From positions 16,492,001-16,556,000 of the forward strand of contig CM022676.1 in assembly GCA_012295275.1 (NCBI GenBank): a stretch of 64,000 nucleotides of DNA. The letters run 5' to 3'. The position numbers and the translations under genes are program-made. Below, piece after piece: positions 1-14,489 of the stretch. Below the pieces are notes generated by a model. The model made no database searches. It saw nothing but the letters and a program-made list of their open reading frames with translations, and had not been told where the DNA came from. The first letter of the stretch is position 1; each line of letters begins with the position of its first letter. This DNA comes from Chrysomallon squamiferum. Taxonomy: Eukaryota > Animalia > Mollusca.

Positions 1-950
1 TCTTGGAAGAATTAAATGTCTCAGGCTCAGTTTAACCTTTTTCTTAACTTTCCATGTAGCACATTCACGTTATTATATTTACTTTGTTTTATTTTTGCAT
101 GCTTTGGTTTCATCGTTTAACTGGCCACAGAGGACAAAAGTCCTCTTCCGAATGTAGAGTTGAACAAGTCAGTGAGATACACTGACCTGATATCAGTGTA
201 TTCATTGGAATTAGTTCATTGTTCTATCGAATGTTAAATCTCTTCACTGATGTTACATCTTAAGGAGACAAATTATAAAGGGTTTCGTTATTGTCAAGTT
301 CAGACAAATCTCGAGATTTTACCACTCCTGTGGTAGAATTAAGGGAAGAATTCGCTTTGAATGTGATGTTCACTTTACACAGAATATTTGCTTTTAGAAA
401 GCATTTGACACGTTTTTAAATCAAGCATTCGACTCACAAAATACGATCCTCATTTTCTTTACCGTCTTCGGACATCCTGCCTGTCCAACAATTCACTTCT
501 GGATTGTAAAACTGATAAGGAAGAATAGTGGAAGGTGCTGACATGTAGCTTAGTTTTAATTATTATTACATTTTGTTCACGGATTCTTACTGTTAGACGA
601 TAGTGAATCAGAAGGTTCGATGTCGACTTTTTAAGGGTCCAATAAAAATCTGTTTCTTGGTTTCTTTTGGACCTCTATTTGGTTCTATATAATTCACCAG
701 TCACCAACTCGAACAAGGGACTGTTGCACGTAACCTCCAGTGAGACATGAAAAGGAAAGATGTTTGATATACTTGTACAAAATACATTAAATCAACCTTT
801 TAACCCTAGCCACTGCCCCAAGAGCAACAAATATGGGAAGTCCGGGCCATAGTGATCTATTATCAATGTATTGTATTGTTAATTACTCGGTTGCAGACAT
901 AAACCATGACGAAATAAGGCGACTCACACAAATGTTCAAACTTGCACCAC
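1..950 (-). mobile_element. Heavily decayed LTR-retrotransposon (Gypsy-like) integrase C-terminal fragment in the intron before gene A's TM exon
   Basis: Minus-strand fragments across frames (VINNTIH, PYLLLGQWLGLK/VDL, VRVGDW, FIGP) resemble integrase C-terminal motifs, with many stops and frameshifts. Similarity to gene B's FN3-TM intron begins only at about 950. Confidence 0.35.
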
Positions 951-1134
951 TTTACTGGTTCCTTTATTTTTGTTCCTTTCTATTTTCTGTCATATCTTGT
1001 AAGCTTTATTTGTGTGTATTTACTGTGGCATAATATATACCCATTTAGTCTATATTTTCTTACAGTGTACACGTCTCAAATTATAATACTTTTCTATAGT
1101 ATTTCTTTACTCAGTTTAACAAGTGTGTTTTCAG

Positions 1135-1248
1135 ATGAGGTATGTAATGAAAATGTGACAGCAGTGGCTGTTGGATCTGGATCAGGGACACTCGTCTTAA
1201 CTCTTCTTGTTATTGGAATTATTTTCATATGTCGTAGACTGAAAAAAG
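1135..1248 (+). CDS. Receptor gene A, transmembrane exon (DEVCNENVTAVAVGSGSGTLVLTLLVIGIIFICRRLKK)
   Basis: ttttcag acceptor and gttcat donor, 114 nt, phase 1-1. Hydrophobic helix followed by a basic stop-transfer. Same length as and homologous to 41206-41319. Confidence 0.9.
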
Positions 1249-1796
1249 GTTCATACTTTTGATTCTTTGCTGTGTTATTTGTACTGTGCGAACGTGCATT
1301 TGAGTGCATCTTCTTCTGTGTGTATATGTGCTTATGTACATGTATGTGTGTGTGTGAGAGAGAAAGAGAGAGAGAGAGAGTGATGAGCATCAGTAATACA
1401 ATTTGAAAGAAAAAAGAAATACATTTTGTAAGAAGAGAAAGTATAATAATTATATGTAATTTCATAATTATCATATTCATGTTATTTATTATTATTATTA
1501 TTGTAATTATTATTACTGTTATTATTATTATTATTGTTATTATTATTATTATTAATACTTTTAATATTATAAAATAACAGATATTTTTTCGATTATTTTA
1601 TTTAATATAACAAATATTGTGATAATTTTTACCAGATGACGTCATCTGTATTATGCTTTTGTGGAAACCATTTTTCCTTTTAAGAACTTTACTAGCAATA
1701 AATTAGAATTCTAATTTTTGGTTTTATTATTATTATTTTTTTTATTATTTGTTTTTAGTTTACACCTGCAATTTTTATTTAAATGTTGTTTTTCAG

Positions 1797-1830
1797 GAAA
1801 TGGAAAAGACAAACATGAGTATGAAAAAAG
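1797..1830 (+). CDS. Gene A cytoplasmic exon 1 (GNGKDKHEYEKR)
   Basis: tttttcag / gtaatg, 34 nt, phase 1-2; paralog at 41751-41784. Confidence 0.85.
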
Positions 1831-2744
1831 GTAATGTTAACTGACAGTACAGGTGAATACAGTTTAAATTGTTTGGTAGCTGTGTTGATGCATATATGTC
1901 CTCCTTCACAGCAGTGATTACACATTTCAGTCCTTACACGAGTATATTTATTATGCAAATGAAAGGTTAAGAGTCTCCTGATAAAACATCCTATCCTGTT
2001 TCAATGTAGAATGTTTATAACGTCCACAATTCAGAGGTTCAATGATCGGTGAATCATTATAACGAATTATCATTTATAACGAATCTCTAAATGTAAGCAG
2101 TTCCCGATTGATGTCTGAAATATTTCTGTGTGTTAACCTCTGGTTTGTTGACGATCAAGGGTGAGATGACATTTCTCTGGTCAAGGGAACACTAGGCTGT
2201 CGTGGTCAGTTGTGGTAACTGTTTTCAAGGTATCTTAAATGTACTGATTCATTAATACAACTTTATCCAATGTGAGAAAAAGACTGACAGATCCAAAATG
2301 TGTTACACAAATTCCGTGATAACCATATTCTCTATTGGTGATCTACTAATAGGGAATCTTTATGATATGATGTTTGCTACTTTCAAACTCGAAGTTTGAG
2401 CACCGAGTTTCCTTTAAGAGAGAGACCGAAGAAATCCATAACCAGCTAGATCCTAGTTTTCTATTTAGATAACTCGTCTGACTTGTAGTTGAATCCAGTA
2501 TCTATAAACGTCACTGTCAAATTTATCTGTTAAGTTTTCCTATCTTTCTACCAAAGAGTAAGTGTATTCTTTCTGTGTCTGTGTACGATGTCTGTCTGTA
2601 TGATATCCATATATGCTCTCTATTTTTTTGTACTTTATGTTATCATCCAACAATCCACAATTACACTGTTCGGTAATTTCTTTTTAATTAACTCCAAATT
2701 TTATTTCCTATAATATTTTTACTAATATATATATATATATATAC

Positions 2745-2775
<31 letters not shown>

Positions 2776-2898
2776 TATAGATAGATAGATAGATAGATAG
2801 ATCATTTGACTGTAAATTGTAAGAAGGCTTTATGTAAATTTTGTTATTAAAATTAAAACATGAATTCACGTAGACATTTTGTCTGTTTCAAATCACAG

Positions 2899-2951
2899 AA
2901 CTGATCCAGAACCACAGTCTCCAACATACGAAAATCTTCCTTCTGAACCGG
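2899..2951 (+). CDS. Gene A cytoplasmic exon 2 (TDPEPQSPTYENLPSEP)
   Basis: aatcacag / gtaggt, 53 nt, phase 2-1; paralog at 43176-43228. Confidence 0.87.
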
Positions 2952-3553
2952 GTAGGTGCAACATTTTCTTAATAGCTATTTGAATACGCCTTACTTTACT
3001 AAACAGTATTCAATTCTGAAGGTTCAGTATATATTAAGATTCCTGGCAAGGTAATCCGGAAAAAATGAAGGGTGGTACACAAGGAAGTAATAAATGAACA
3101 AGTAAAGAAGGGGCCTGAAAAAATATTATGAAATAGTAATGACATAAAATGTTGTAATTTATATATTGGGCTAAAAACGTCTAAGGTTCTTTTTTTATTA
3201 CATGGTTAATTAATAGAACTAATTTGTATTATATATTCATATATGCTAGTATAAAATTTAGCATCTTTCTATGATAAATACAGATTATTTGTAAATTAAT
3301 ATTTTTTTAGTGTGATATGTTTTATCAGCGCCACAGATTAGTATTTGTCTTTGTAGTTGTAAATAGCAACCTTGTGATCATACTCTGTCACTTTTCATAT
3401 TTTCTCTTTTAAATTTTCTATACATTTTATTACTTATGGTTTATCAATGCAGTTTTGTTTGTCTGTTTCTTCTACGTTTAACTACTGATGTATGCATGAT
3501 TATTTCTGAAAAGTAACAAAACCATTTAAACATGTCTTATTTATTCTGTGTAG

Positions 3554-3636
3554 GTAACAACGCAGAACGAAGTGGGTCATCTGAACAGCATCCGTATGAA
3601 GTATTTGGAGTCGATGATAATGGACCAAAATATTAA
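3554..3636 (+). CDS. Gene A last coding exon (GNNAERSGSSEQHPYEVFGVDDNGPKY*)
   Basis: tgtgtag acceptor, frame continuous with preceding exons, TAA at 3634-3636; paralog starts at 43905. Confidence 0.85.
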
Positions 3637-3936
3637 AATATCTCTTTATAACTGTGTTTACTCAAAACTTCGAAACAATTTATTTTATTACTTTTACTGT
3701 ACATATATATACACATACATACATACATACGTACATACATACATAAATAATATATACATATGTATATATATATAAATATATATCTGTTTTGTAGATACGT
3801 TCATTCATTCCTACATATACACATATACGTACCGACATATATAGGTTAAACATTGGAAAACCCCAGCTAAATTCAGGAAATGAAATTATATAACAATTAT
3901 TCACTATTATTGATTTTTTAAAATCAAAACACCTAA

Positions 3937-3981
<45 letters not shown>

Positions 3982-4134
3982 TTTGCTTTTCATACAAAAT
4001 CGTAGTTAGACAAATTTGTTTTAAATGTGGTTTATTACTGTTATTATGTTTTCTTCAAGACAATAGTAGTTTATGTTCTAAAATTACACTGTTTTTCTTT
4101 CAATTAACTGATACTGTACACCATATAATTGCGA

Positions 4135-4525
4135 TAAATCTGTAAAATTGTGATTAAACTATGTTTTTTTCATATTCTAATTAATCTATATATATATATA
4201 AATTTGTGATTAACCTCTGTCTACTAAACTTCTACTTACTCTATGTCTTGTGAAATTGTGACTTAACTGTGTTTAGTAAAATTCTAGTTAATCTATGTCC
4301 ATTAAAATTGAGAATGAACTATATCTAGTGAACTTGTTATTAATCTGTCTAGTAAATTGCAAAGAGCTGTGGCTATTTAATTGTGATTAAATTTTGTCCA
4401 GTAAAATTCTAATTAGTCTTTGTTCAGTAAAATTGTGAATAATATATGTCTAGTAATACTGTTATTAAACTATGCCTAGTAAGATTCTGATTAAACTATA
4501 TCTAGTAAAATTGTGACTAATTTGT
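4135..4525. repeat. Degenerate minisatellite, about 26-bp unit (TCTAGTAAAATTGTGATTAACTATG-like), downstream of gene A stop
   Basis: Unit starts at about 4398, 4423, 4449, 4475 and 4501; a shorter paralogous array lies at about 44270-44380. Confidence 0.75.
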
Positions 4526-5614
4526 TTCTGGTAGAAACAGCGTATGACATTTATGTTTTGTAGAAACAAATATGTCAGATCTTTGACATGTTATCTAACT
4601 GATGGCAATAATTTATAATATCCATTTGATACTAGAGCCCAGAGCAAGAATATTTAAAATGTCACTTAATTATTAGCCACATAACACAAAACAGACGAAA
4701 ATACGTTTAGAGTCTTATTATTTGTTGTCATAACAAAATACAATCAAAATAATACTCAGTCATGAACATTATAACATATTTTTTTTCGTTACTTATAACA
4801 ACAGTTGTGTAATCTCATTTGTCACATTAACTTGCCTTTAGCAGCAATATGTCCTAAGCATTTCCACAACAGTCAAATTCACAAAGTTTACTCCACTATT
4901 TATATCTATCGCAAGGCTATCGTCTTCAAGTCGGTGGTATTTAAATATTACGTTACTTAGCGGACGCCAAAGAAATCAACTAAACACTGACTTACATCCG
5001 AACTAGTAGCTGTATTAAATCACTGGTCAAAACCAGTCTATATAATGGTATTCCATTAATTTAGTATAATCAGTTATACATTACACAGACACCTGTATAC
5101 CATATTTGTCTACATAATAATCTATGGCATCATTTAAAAAAAGAAATTAAGTGTACTTTATGTACAATACTATATCGATTTTAAGGTAGCAAAGAGTGAA
5201 ATTAGGAAGAAATAACCTCACTTTATTAGTAATAATAAGAAAATAAAATAAATAAACAAGACACTAACTGAACATTTTCGTCACTGTATGATGAACTATG
5301 TAGGTGAGAGCAACACCTTCAATTAAGATATAACTATAACATATCACTAGATAAATATATTTAACACATAAACACATAAAATATAACTATAGAACAAGAA
5401 TGTACGACACAAAAGTCAAGTTATAGCAGTAGAACATATAATGATTTGCAAAGTTATATATTTAAATTTTAGTTAAAGTCGGAGTTATATAATTAACAAG
5501 AGTTTTATCTTTCTTTCAGCTTTTATTTATGTATTGATTTATTAATTGGTATTTTCATCAGAATCGTCATCTTTCTAGTTATTCATTTATTTGTTTGTTT
5601 ATTTGTTTGTTTGT

Positions 5615-5657
<43 letters not shown>

Positions 5658-5739
5658 TTATTATTATTGATTTATTTTCATTATTATTATTATTATTATT
5701 TATTTTTATTTATTTTTTTTTTTTTTTTTTTTTAAATTG

Positions 5740-7301
5740 TTCTCTCGCTTTCGTGTGAAAATACGTTTCAGTGTGAGACGATAAGTTACAAAAACGGTAT
5801 TTCGACATAAACGTGTAAACGTATTTTTCATATTAAACAAATTATTGTTTAAAAATATATCTGGATTTATCTTGTAGACCGTTTCTCGGATCATCGCTTT
5901 TAAATACATAATGACATTCATCTACATATTTGTCAAGATTACAAATATCTTCTCTTTTGTCTTACAATATTAAACCAGTTTTAACAGCAAGTTTAACATC
6001 AGAGTTCTAATTTTACATAAGACATGAACATTCGCTTGAACACTGCTCTTAATTTACAGCTGTATTTCTTGCATTAGTATCTTAATTGATATTCACTAAA
6101 ACAGTAAAATATTTCCTATTTATATCAGACCTAATTAACTTGTTCCGTAATCCAGTCCTGCTGACTCTATCAAAACATATCAAAAGCCTTCACAAAATCT
6201 ATAAAAGGAAAATACACACACATATATATATATATATATATATTTTTTTTTTTTTATTTTTTTTTTTTTTTTTTTTCATTTATTATTATTATTATTATTA
6301 TTATTTGTATTATTATTGTTGTTGTTGTTGTTGTTGTTGCTGCTGCTGCTGTTTCTTCTTATTATTTTTTTATTTTTCTTTTATTTTTTTTTTTTTTTTT
6401 TGCATTTGTTCATTTAAATAATTATATACTATAAAGAAAATAAATCTCTGTTACGGAATACATTTACGAAATACAGCCTGCTTTTGTGAAAGCAGGTTTG
6501 TTTTATCTGTGTACTTATTTAATTCAAAATTTAATACAGATTCAAATAATTTACCACTAACCAACTAGATGTTACAGTTGATGTTTCAAGAATAACGTTA
6601 AACAATAGAACATGTAAAGGTAACATAATATTAACAGTATATATTAATATATTCATCAGTAATAAAGTCTTCTCCGGCTGGTTGATCACTGCTGTAGATA
6701 TTTCGTCAGCTGAAAAAGTGTTGTTCAAAATATCATTAGTGCTTTCATGACTTTCAGTGTGGAATTTACATCAACGTTACAATTAAAGGTTGTGAACAAA
6801 CAAATCAGTTCACACATCTTCTTCTGACAGTCAGTGTTTATTGCTGTTAAGAGCTGACCAGTACTCTATTGGATTTGACGTTTTTATCATTTTCATTTCA
6901 CGTTTAATAGATATTTTACGTTCCCTAATTGATCCATTTAGTGTTTGTTTGAATTGATTCTCTTTGTACTTCAAGTCGGTTTTCAGTATACATCCACCAT
7001 ATTGTTTATGTCTTTGTCTCTCTTCCCTGACATCTTTTTAGCAGTTTTGCAAGCTCTGTGAAACCAGACCTGATTATAATGATGCTTATTTTAATATAGG
7101 TTGGTTTCTTTCAAAACCTATCTTTAGCTGCAGTTATAAATATTACAGTTATTAATTCAGAATCGACGTCAGCAGACTTGTAATTTTGTAATACTTCTTT
7201 TAATAAATGCTTTTGTTTTTTGTTTTTTTTGTTGTTTTTTGCTTTGTTTTTAATTTGTTTTATTTTATTTTATTTATTGTTTTTTATTATTATTATTATT
7301 A

Positions 7302-7346
<45 letters not shown>

Positions 7347-7570
7347 TTTAAGTTATCTCAAAATTCGTGTTTTTTTATCATTACACCATTTCCTAGGGAG
7401 TTCCTTAGAGCTTATTCAGGTGTCAGTTACAATGTTTTCAGGGTTTATTTGTGTATGTAGTTTGGACTATTGGCATTTAATAAGAACGAAGAAAATGATA
7501 GTATGGCAAAATGTTGTACTAAGGACTGGCATATTTCCAACACATCTATTTTCATCTACTGTACCAGTCG
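5740..7570 (-). mobile_element. Decayed non-LTR retrotransposon (LINE) ORF2 remnant interrupted by microsatellites
   Basis: Minus-strand motifs in the expected order: QVWFHRACKTAKK (~7050), KTSNPIEYWSALN (~6870), ILNNTFSADEISTAV (~6710), LPLHVLLFNVILE, LNKYTDKTNLLSQKQAVFRK (~6490) and RT motif FIDFVKAFD (~6190). Confidence 0.8.
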
Positions 7571-8067
7571 CGAGAAACATGTAATATATATCTACATAAA
7601 TTAAGAAGAATACGAACATAGTTATTTTTCTTTTGATCATAAAATAAAGAAAAAAACTACAAAAAACAACAACAACAAAAACAAATAACAACTATATTGA
7701 AATTAAAATAAAATATCAAATGATGTAGGTAACATAATATGAAAGGTGATATATTATTATAAATTAAATTGATTTAATTTACACGTTTGTCTTCTTGTTA
7801 TGCAAGATCACTTATAATTGTATTCCGAATACTTCAGAATACTGGTCTTAGTTTTGTGAGGAAACACTCCAGCATATCAAATTAAAGTGTGAAAAGTGTG
7901 TTTGTTTGTTATGTAGGTGAGAAAAAAATAGCATGTCACTGATACACGAGAGACACTAAGGTGTACCCAGTGTTATTTACGACGATCACACCTTAAACAG
8001 GATCTACTGTTACTGCAGGTTAGAGCAAGACCTACTTTTCTAAATTTCTGTCATACACTGATAAACT

Positions 8068-8121
<54 letters not shown>

Positions 8122-9686
8122 AAAATTTATGTTAAACTGTACCTATGGGGGAAAAAAGGAGAAATAATCTAAAGATATTCTGCATATTACCAAACTGTTT
8201 AATTTCAATTTCGCTGATCCACTATTAGGATAAATCAGGATTAAGAAAGTTCGAGATAATTCCAAGTGCATTAATTGCTAGAAGGGTACCCCACAAATTG
8301 GCCCTGTGTCAGATATTGACAGTGACTATATTTGTTTCATGTCGCAATGAAAAGAAACCAGGGATACATGTGGTTTGATGGGTAGTCAGAAATATGTGCA
8401 TGAAGGATGTTACCCCAGAAGGAAATGGGGAAAAACGAAATAACTTTATTCTGTACAAATAAACGTTTGCCTTTTGGTTAAAGGTGAAATATGTGTACAA
8501 TACAACGAGTTACAATTCAGAATGGAAACGAAGTATAAGTAAAATACTATTACATAATTTTGTGTGAGTCATGTTACATTTATTCCACTAACATAAAAGA
8601 AGTAGAATATGGTGTATGGCTATGATGGTAAACTCATTTTAATGGATACTCAGGATCAAAATGAGCATTTGATGTCGTAGCTACACAATTGCATATATTC
8701 AAAATGATACGGAAATCGCCAATGATTTAGCAGTGTATAATTATCTTATCGGAACCTTTGTTTAAAAAATATTGAAAATTTGACAATTATATAGTAGAAA
8801 TGAAGAATTTGTAGATGTAGTTCGTATCCATTCAGGATTATAATCATGATTTTGCAAGATATATTTCCATTATTACTGAAAGGCTGGGATTATGCCAAAA
8901 ATAAAATACATTAATGGTTAAGATATGTTAATAACAGCTTCAGAATGTGCCTGTGTTTATAACTCACTAAATATATTTTTCCTTGATAGTTAGGAATATT
9001 AAAGACACCAAAATTATATATTCGTTGAAGAATATTTCTAAAACTAACTGAATCTGTATAGATGTTCATACCAGAAAATCCTGCAATTGAAGAGAGAAAC
9101 ATATGAATCGTTCACATACATGCACACAAATATCCATATACATACACACACATACACACAAATATGCAGATACACAAACACATATGTACCTGCACATAAT
9201 TCTAGCTTTAATTTTACAAGTATACAATTTTAAATAAGCAACTGAATAAGGATTTAAATCAATAAATAAGTAAATAAATGAATAAATAAATAAGAAAATA
9301 AATAAATAAATGTAGATACACAGACACATATACATACATATAGATAGGTAAGTAGGTAGGTAGGTAGGTAGAGAGATAGTTACATAGATACACAGAGGAG
9401 ATAAAGAGATAGATAGATAAATAGACAGACAGATAGACAAATATATACATATGTATTTTTGTATATGTGCTTGTATATGTATATATATTGCCAGATAGAA
9501 TATAGAAAAAATGAAAAAGGTATTGACTTTGCATTGATGTCATGTTGACATGCATAGCTTGTAAACTGCTAACATATTTGGGCGTTTTCTCACCCTTTAT
9601 GTATACCATACGATCCGTGTCACTTATAACAAAGATGCTTTGAAACAGCAGCGCGATTGCGAAATAGATTCAATCAACACATTATG

Positions 9687-9770
9687 TATATAAAAATATG
9701 TATCAGTATCTAAATTAAAGTAGTTGTGTTTGTGAGAGGCAGACTCATCTGTTCAGTTTTTAAAGAAGAA
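9687..9770 (+). promoter_or_regulatory. Putative core promoter/5'UTR of leader module L1 (TATATAAAAA at 9687, Inr-like TAGTTG at 9721)
   Basis: The same 34-nt TATA-to-TAGTT spacing recurs at 12601/12635, 54290/54324 and 61609/61643. Confidence 0.5.
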
Positions 9771-9828
9771 ATGTCTTTATTTCAATATATTTGGATTTGT
9801 TTGCTTGTTATACCTACTGTTATTTCAG
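9771..9828 (+). CDS. Signal-peptide (leader) exon L1, intact: MSLFQYIWICLLVIPTVIS|
   Basis: gaaATG, 19 mostly hydrophobic codons plus 1 nt, CAG|gtacgt donor; phase 1 matches the first SRCR exon at 23047. Confidence 0.72.
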
Positions 9829-10839
9829 GTACGTCATGATGTTTATAATTATATATAGATATATATAAATATCGGTATTAGTGATACATAGAATTGGTTC
9901 TGCATCAACAAAGGATTCAGTGATAAAAGTTTTGTATATGTTAGCTCAAATCTAAAAATATTAGCTTAATATTACTGACCCTCGACTTTTGACATATGGC
10001 CCAAAAATGTTTGTCACTCCAAATTTTCAGACCCTGATATTTTGATAAACACTGGATCGATTTTCATGAAACTACTTCACTCGAAAATAAGTCAGATACG
10101 GATCCTTAAAAGATGCAACTAAATTTAAGGATATTTTCACTCGTTGTTAAATCTTGACCTTGAAATGGCATCAAACCAAAATTAAATTCCAAAACATTAC
10201 CTACAACATATAAAACTTTAAGAAGGATTTTAGTAATAAAAAAGGATTTTAGTAGTAAAAGAGACTTAAAATTTATATCAACATTATTACTTTGATTCTC
10301 TGCTTACTGAATCTATCTTTAAATAAGTTTTATTTGAATGATTCTGCATTTTAAGTAGGTTTGCTGACAACTTAGTTTGGTTTAATTTCTTTTGTGTAAT
10401 TACAAATATATTTCAGAAATAGGCCACCTAAAAATTAACTGTGTAGAAATTATTTTCATTATGTGTTTTCGTGCACTTATTGTTTCTGATTAATCAGATA
10501 TACCACTAGGGGCATAGTGTTAAAATCTTTCCCACAACAGTGTAAAGCATGGAACGTTTTTCAGAACGGCTTAGGACGAGAAACTAACTGAATATATGCT
10601 AACAATGTTACCTATTGGATCCTAAGAGGCTGAGAAAAATAACTTCCCATCCAGCGACCAAAATCAGACGGACCGAAACTATCAACGTTTTTGTTATTAC
10701 AGGCTGTAACTCTGGCTGTGCTTGGTCATACTATTTTTGTATTTATTTGAGTGTATTTTAGAGCATTTATCTCAAAACTGATTCAATACTGGTATTGCCT
10801 TTATGCGATATTGATATGAATCACTTGTAAGTATATCTA

Positions 10840-10935
<96 letters not shown>

Positions 10936-11284
10936 TATATTTATATTTATATGTACGTATGTATGCATTTATGTGTGTGTATATATATATATATATATAT
11001 TTATTTATTTATTTATGTATTTATTTATATAATAAGAAAGACATAGATAACAAATTTATATACTTTGCCTTTATGCGATATTGACATGAATCACTTGTAA
11101 ACTGGTTCGGTGAAAGGTTTTCCTCACTTTTCTAAGTAATAACATTTTGTAGGTGAACACATTTTATTTTTTCCTATGTATTTTTCTTTTTTTTCTTTAT
11201 GTATATCATACGTTTCATGTCATTTACTAACAACAAAAGTGCTTTGAAACAGCAGCTCTGTCGTAAACTACTCAGTGAACATAT

Positions 11285-11392
11285 TATAAAACATGAATCA
11301 GGATCTAAATTAACGTAGTTGCGTTTCACAGAGACAAACTCGTCTGTTCAGTTCTTAAATAAGAAATGTCTTTCTTTCAATATATTTGGAGG
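11285..11392 (+). pseudogene. Truncated leader module L2 (MSFFQYIW..., ATG at 11366; second half and donor lost)
   Basis: Promoter, UTR and first 8 codons match L1, then the sequence breaks into a TA-rich tract. Confidence 0.7.
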
Positions 11393-12689
11393 TTATATAT
11401 ATATATTTAGATAGAGATATAGATATTAAAGGTGGAATTCTAAATAATAATAATAATAATAATAAAATTAGATACTAAAAGTAAATGATCGATTAAACCT
11501 ACTAGCAAAATATTACCTAAAAATGATTTTAAAAAATAGCAGTAAAACAGGAGTTTAGTAGTAAAACACACTTAAAGAGCACAAGCTGACAACAAAATGT
11601 CCATTTCGACACTGTTAGTGATTCAATGGAAATACATGCTCGAGATTGCAATTCTCTTGGACAGCTTATGTAAAACTGTGTTTTGTGTTTTGGGGGAAAT
11701 TTGACACGTGAATGAACCTGAGCGATATTTTAATATAATTTCAAATCTTCTTAGTTCTTTATTCTTGAAATTATAACATCGTGTCGTTTAGTTGTGCCTT
11801 TATTACTTCGTTATGATTGTACATATTAAAATACATAGAAATAAAGGAATTTTTTAAATCATCAAACGCAACGTATCTTCAAAGAAATAAGGCGTGTCAG
11901 TATGTTTATTTACTCGTTACAAGCAGCACTCTATCTTCATAATTTTCATCTCACTTTCTCCCCTATCAAGTGACACGTAAGAATCGAAGAAACGTGACTT
12001 GTAAGATAAATGATCTCGTCACGTTTGTTAAGAAGAGAAATAACTCAAATAGAAAGTTGCCATTTGAAAAGCGTTTAAGAGTAATCACAGTGTTTTAGGA
12101 GAATATAATTATATGACGTACCTCTGCTATTATTTTCTTTCTTAATTACCCTTATTGTTGGCGTTGCTGTTGTGGTTATTGTTGTTGTTGTAGTGGTTCT
12201 TGGTGTCGATGTAAAATACTTCAAGTAGAAATTTGCCTTTGCACAATATTGAAGACATTAAAGAGGTTTATTCGCTGAAGAATTTATTACAAAAGTGAAC
12301 TAAATTGTAGTCAGTGTGTTTTCTTGCGTGTGCGTGTGCGCGTGTGTACATAGCCAGAGAGAATGACATGTATGGATAACAAACGTATCTGCTTTGCCTT
12401 GAGGCGATATTGACATGCATGACTTGTAAACTACAAAAGTGAAAGGTTTTCTTGCTTTTTCTTTGTGATAACACTTTGTAGGTGAACTTATTTTATCATT
12501 CTTTTTTCTATTTATGTATACGTTCCATGCCACTTACTAACAACAAACGTGCTCTGAAACAGCAGTGCTGTTGCAGAATAAACTGATTAAGTCTGATATG
12601 TATAGAAAAATATGAATCAGGACCTAAATTAAAATAGTTGCGCTATACCCTGAGAAACTTATCTGTTGAGTTTTTTTTAAAAATAAGAA

Positions 12690-12747
12690 ATGTCTTTCTT
12701 TCCAATTATTTGTATTTATTTACTTGTTATACCCACTGTCATTTCAG
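12690..12747 (+). CDS. Signal-peptide (leader) exon L3, intact: MSFFPIICIYLLVIPTVIS|
   Basis: 58 nt, CAG|gtatgt donor, phase 1; closest intact leader to the SRCR exons. Confidence 0.72.
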
Positions 12748-13257
12748 GTATGTCATAACGTTTTGGTATTTCTATATTCATATAGTTATTAAGACTGAAA
12801 TACTGAGTAATAATAAAAAATAATAATATAATTACACACACAAAATAACTTATCGATTAAATGTACTAGTCAACCTACGAACGTAAACTTTTATATTTGT
12901 TCTGAGAGAACAAATCGTAGCACAATTGCAAGAATATCTTCTTGTATGAATATCTGTGTATTTTTAATCATTTTATTTAAAATTCGGTATCAGTAATATA
13001 TAGAATTGTGTTCTAAAATGAGGATCGTGAATTGAATAGTGGATAAAACTGCATGAACAAAAAATCAGTTTGGTATGTAGAATTGTGTTTGCTCAAATTT
13101 TAAAATATTAGCTTAGTATTATTCACACTTAAATTTTTTTTTCATTTTCGCCCAAAATGGGCGTGACCTATAGTTTTTTAGACCTGATATTTTGGTAATC
13201 AGTGGGTCGATACTGATGAAACTATTTCACTGAAAAACTAATTTAAAATAGTTTTCA

Positions 13258-13295
<38 letters not shown>

Positions 13296-13427
13296 GTTTT
13301 CCTTTTGGACGTAACTAAAACTATGCTTTAGATTCTGAATAACTGTGACTGTCTATAAGAAAGGACCAGAATACACCATTATTATTATTATTATTATTGT
13401 TGTTGTTGTTGTTGTTGTTTGTTGTTG

Positions 13428-13459
<32 letters not shown>

Positions 13460-13943
13460 GATAATTATTATATATGTTTTACTTATTTATTTATGGTACC
13501 GTTAGTGCTGCTAGCACCATCATCATCATCATCATTTTTGTTATATTATCAAAATCATTATTATTATCGTTGTCATCATCTTTATTACTGTTATTGTTAC
13601 TGAACAGTTACCGTTATTTATCATCTGACAATGTAGAGAAATGGAAACAACTGGTTCTATTTATTTCTACACTTATGCGCAGACAGTGTATTAACAATGA
13701 ATTTTTCAGATCGTCGTAAATATACCTTTCTTGTCTCGTCATACACTATTTTTAATCCGACCTATGTAACAAACAAACAGACACTGGCTATACTGGTTAC
13801 GCAAGTATCATTTGAGCAAGTTGTGTTAGGAGTTTAAATTGGTTTTAGATGAATGACTCTGTATTTCACATGGCTTTCCAAGCAATTTAGTCTGGCTTAT
13901 TTTTATACTTTGTCGTGAATCTAATTTGGCGTTTGATCTACAA

Positions 13944-14012
13944 CAGTCATCGGCAACCTTTTTCGAGACGCGGGCCACGTGAGAGATGGCACATCCTCAG
14001 GCGGACAGCACG
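13944..14012 (+). mobile_element. Short fragment resembling a hAT/Charlie-type MITE terminus
   Basis: CAGTCATCGGCAACCTTTTT...GCGGGCCAC resembles hAT-MITE 5' ends; it is a GC-rich island and I saw no matching right end. Confidence 0.35.
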
Positions 14013-14489
14013 TACTAATTTAGGCGATTAAAGTTATGTTCGGTCCTGTATGTTAATAACTGAAGAAGAGGAAGAACAAGAAGATGACACTCAACAATCT
14101 AAATGTATCAAATTATTAAATGCATCTGGTTACCTTTATTAGTTTTTCTTTATGTTTTATAATATATTATTGTTGTTGTTGTAGTTTTTTCTCGTTATTA
14201 TTGTTATTGAACATGTTCTATTATTTATCTTGAATGTTGATACACGTAAATTATTTCATATTTTCCTATTTATTTCTACACTTACTCACAGACAGAGTAT
14301 AAACAATGAATGTTTCAAATCGTCGTAAATAACACTCGGCTCTACCTCTCTGTATCAAATTACTTGTATTATTTTTAATATATGTTATATTTGTCTGTTT
14401 CCCTGTTTATGAATTGTCAAACAGATACATCTAGAATAATTATACAGTGTGTACATCTGGATTCAGTTAGCTTTCCGATTACACATAAA

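Noticed and set aside
2920-2940. TYENL / TYDNL as canonical ITIMs
   Set aside because: The Y-2 residue is P or R, not I/V/L/S, so they are reported only as YxxL/YxN motifs.
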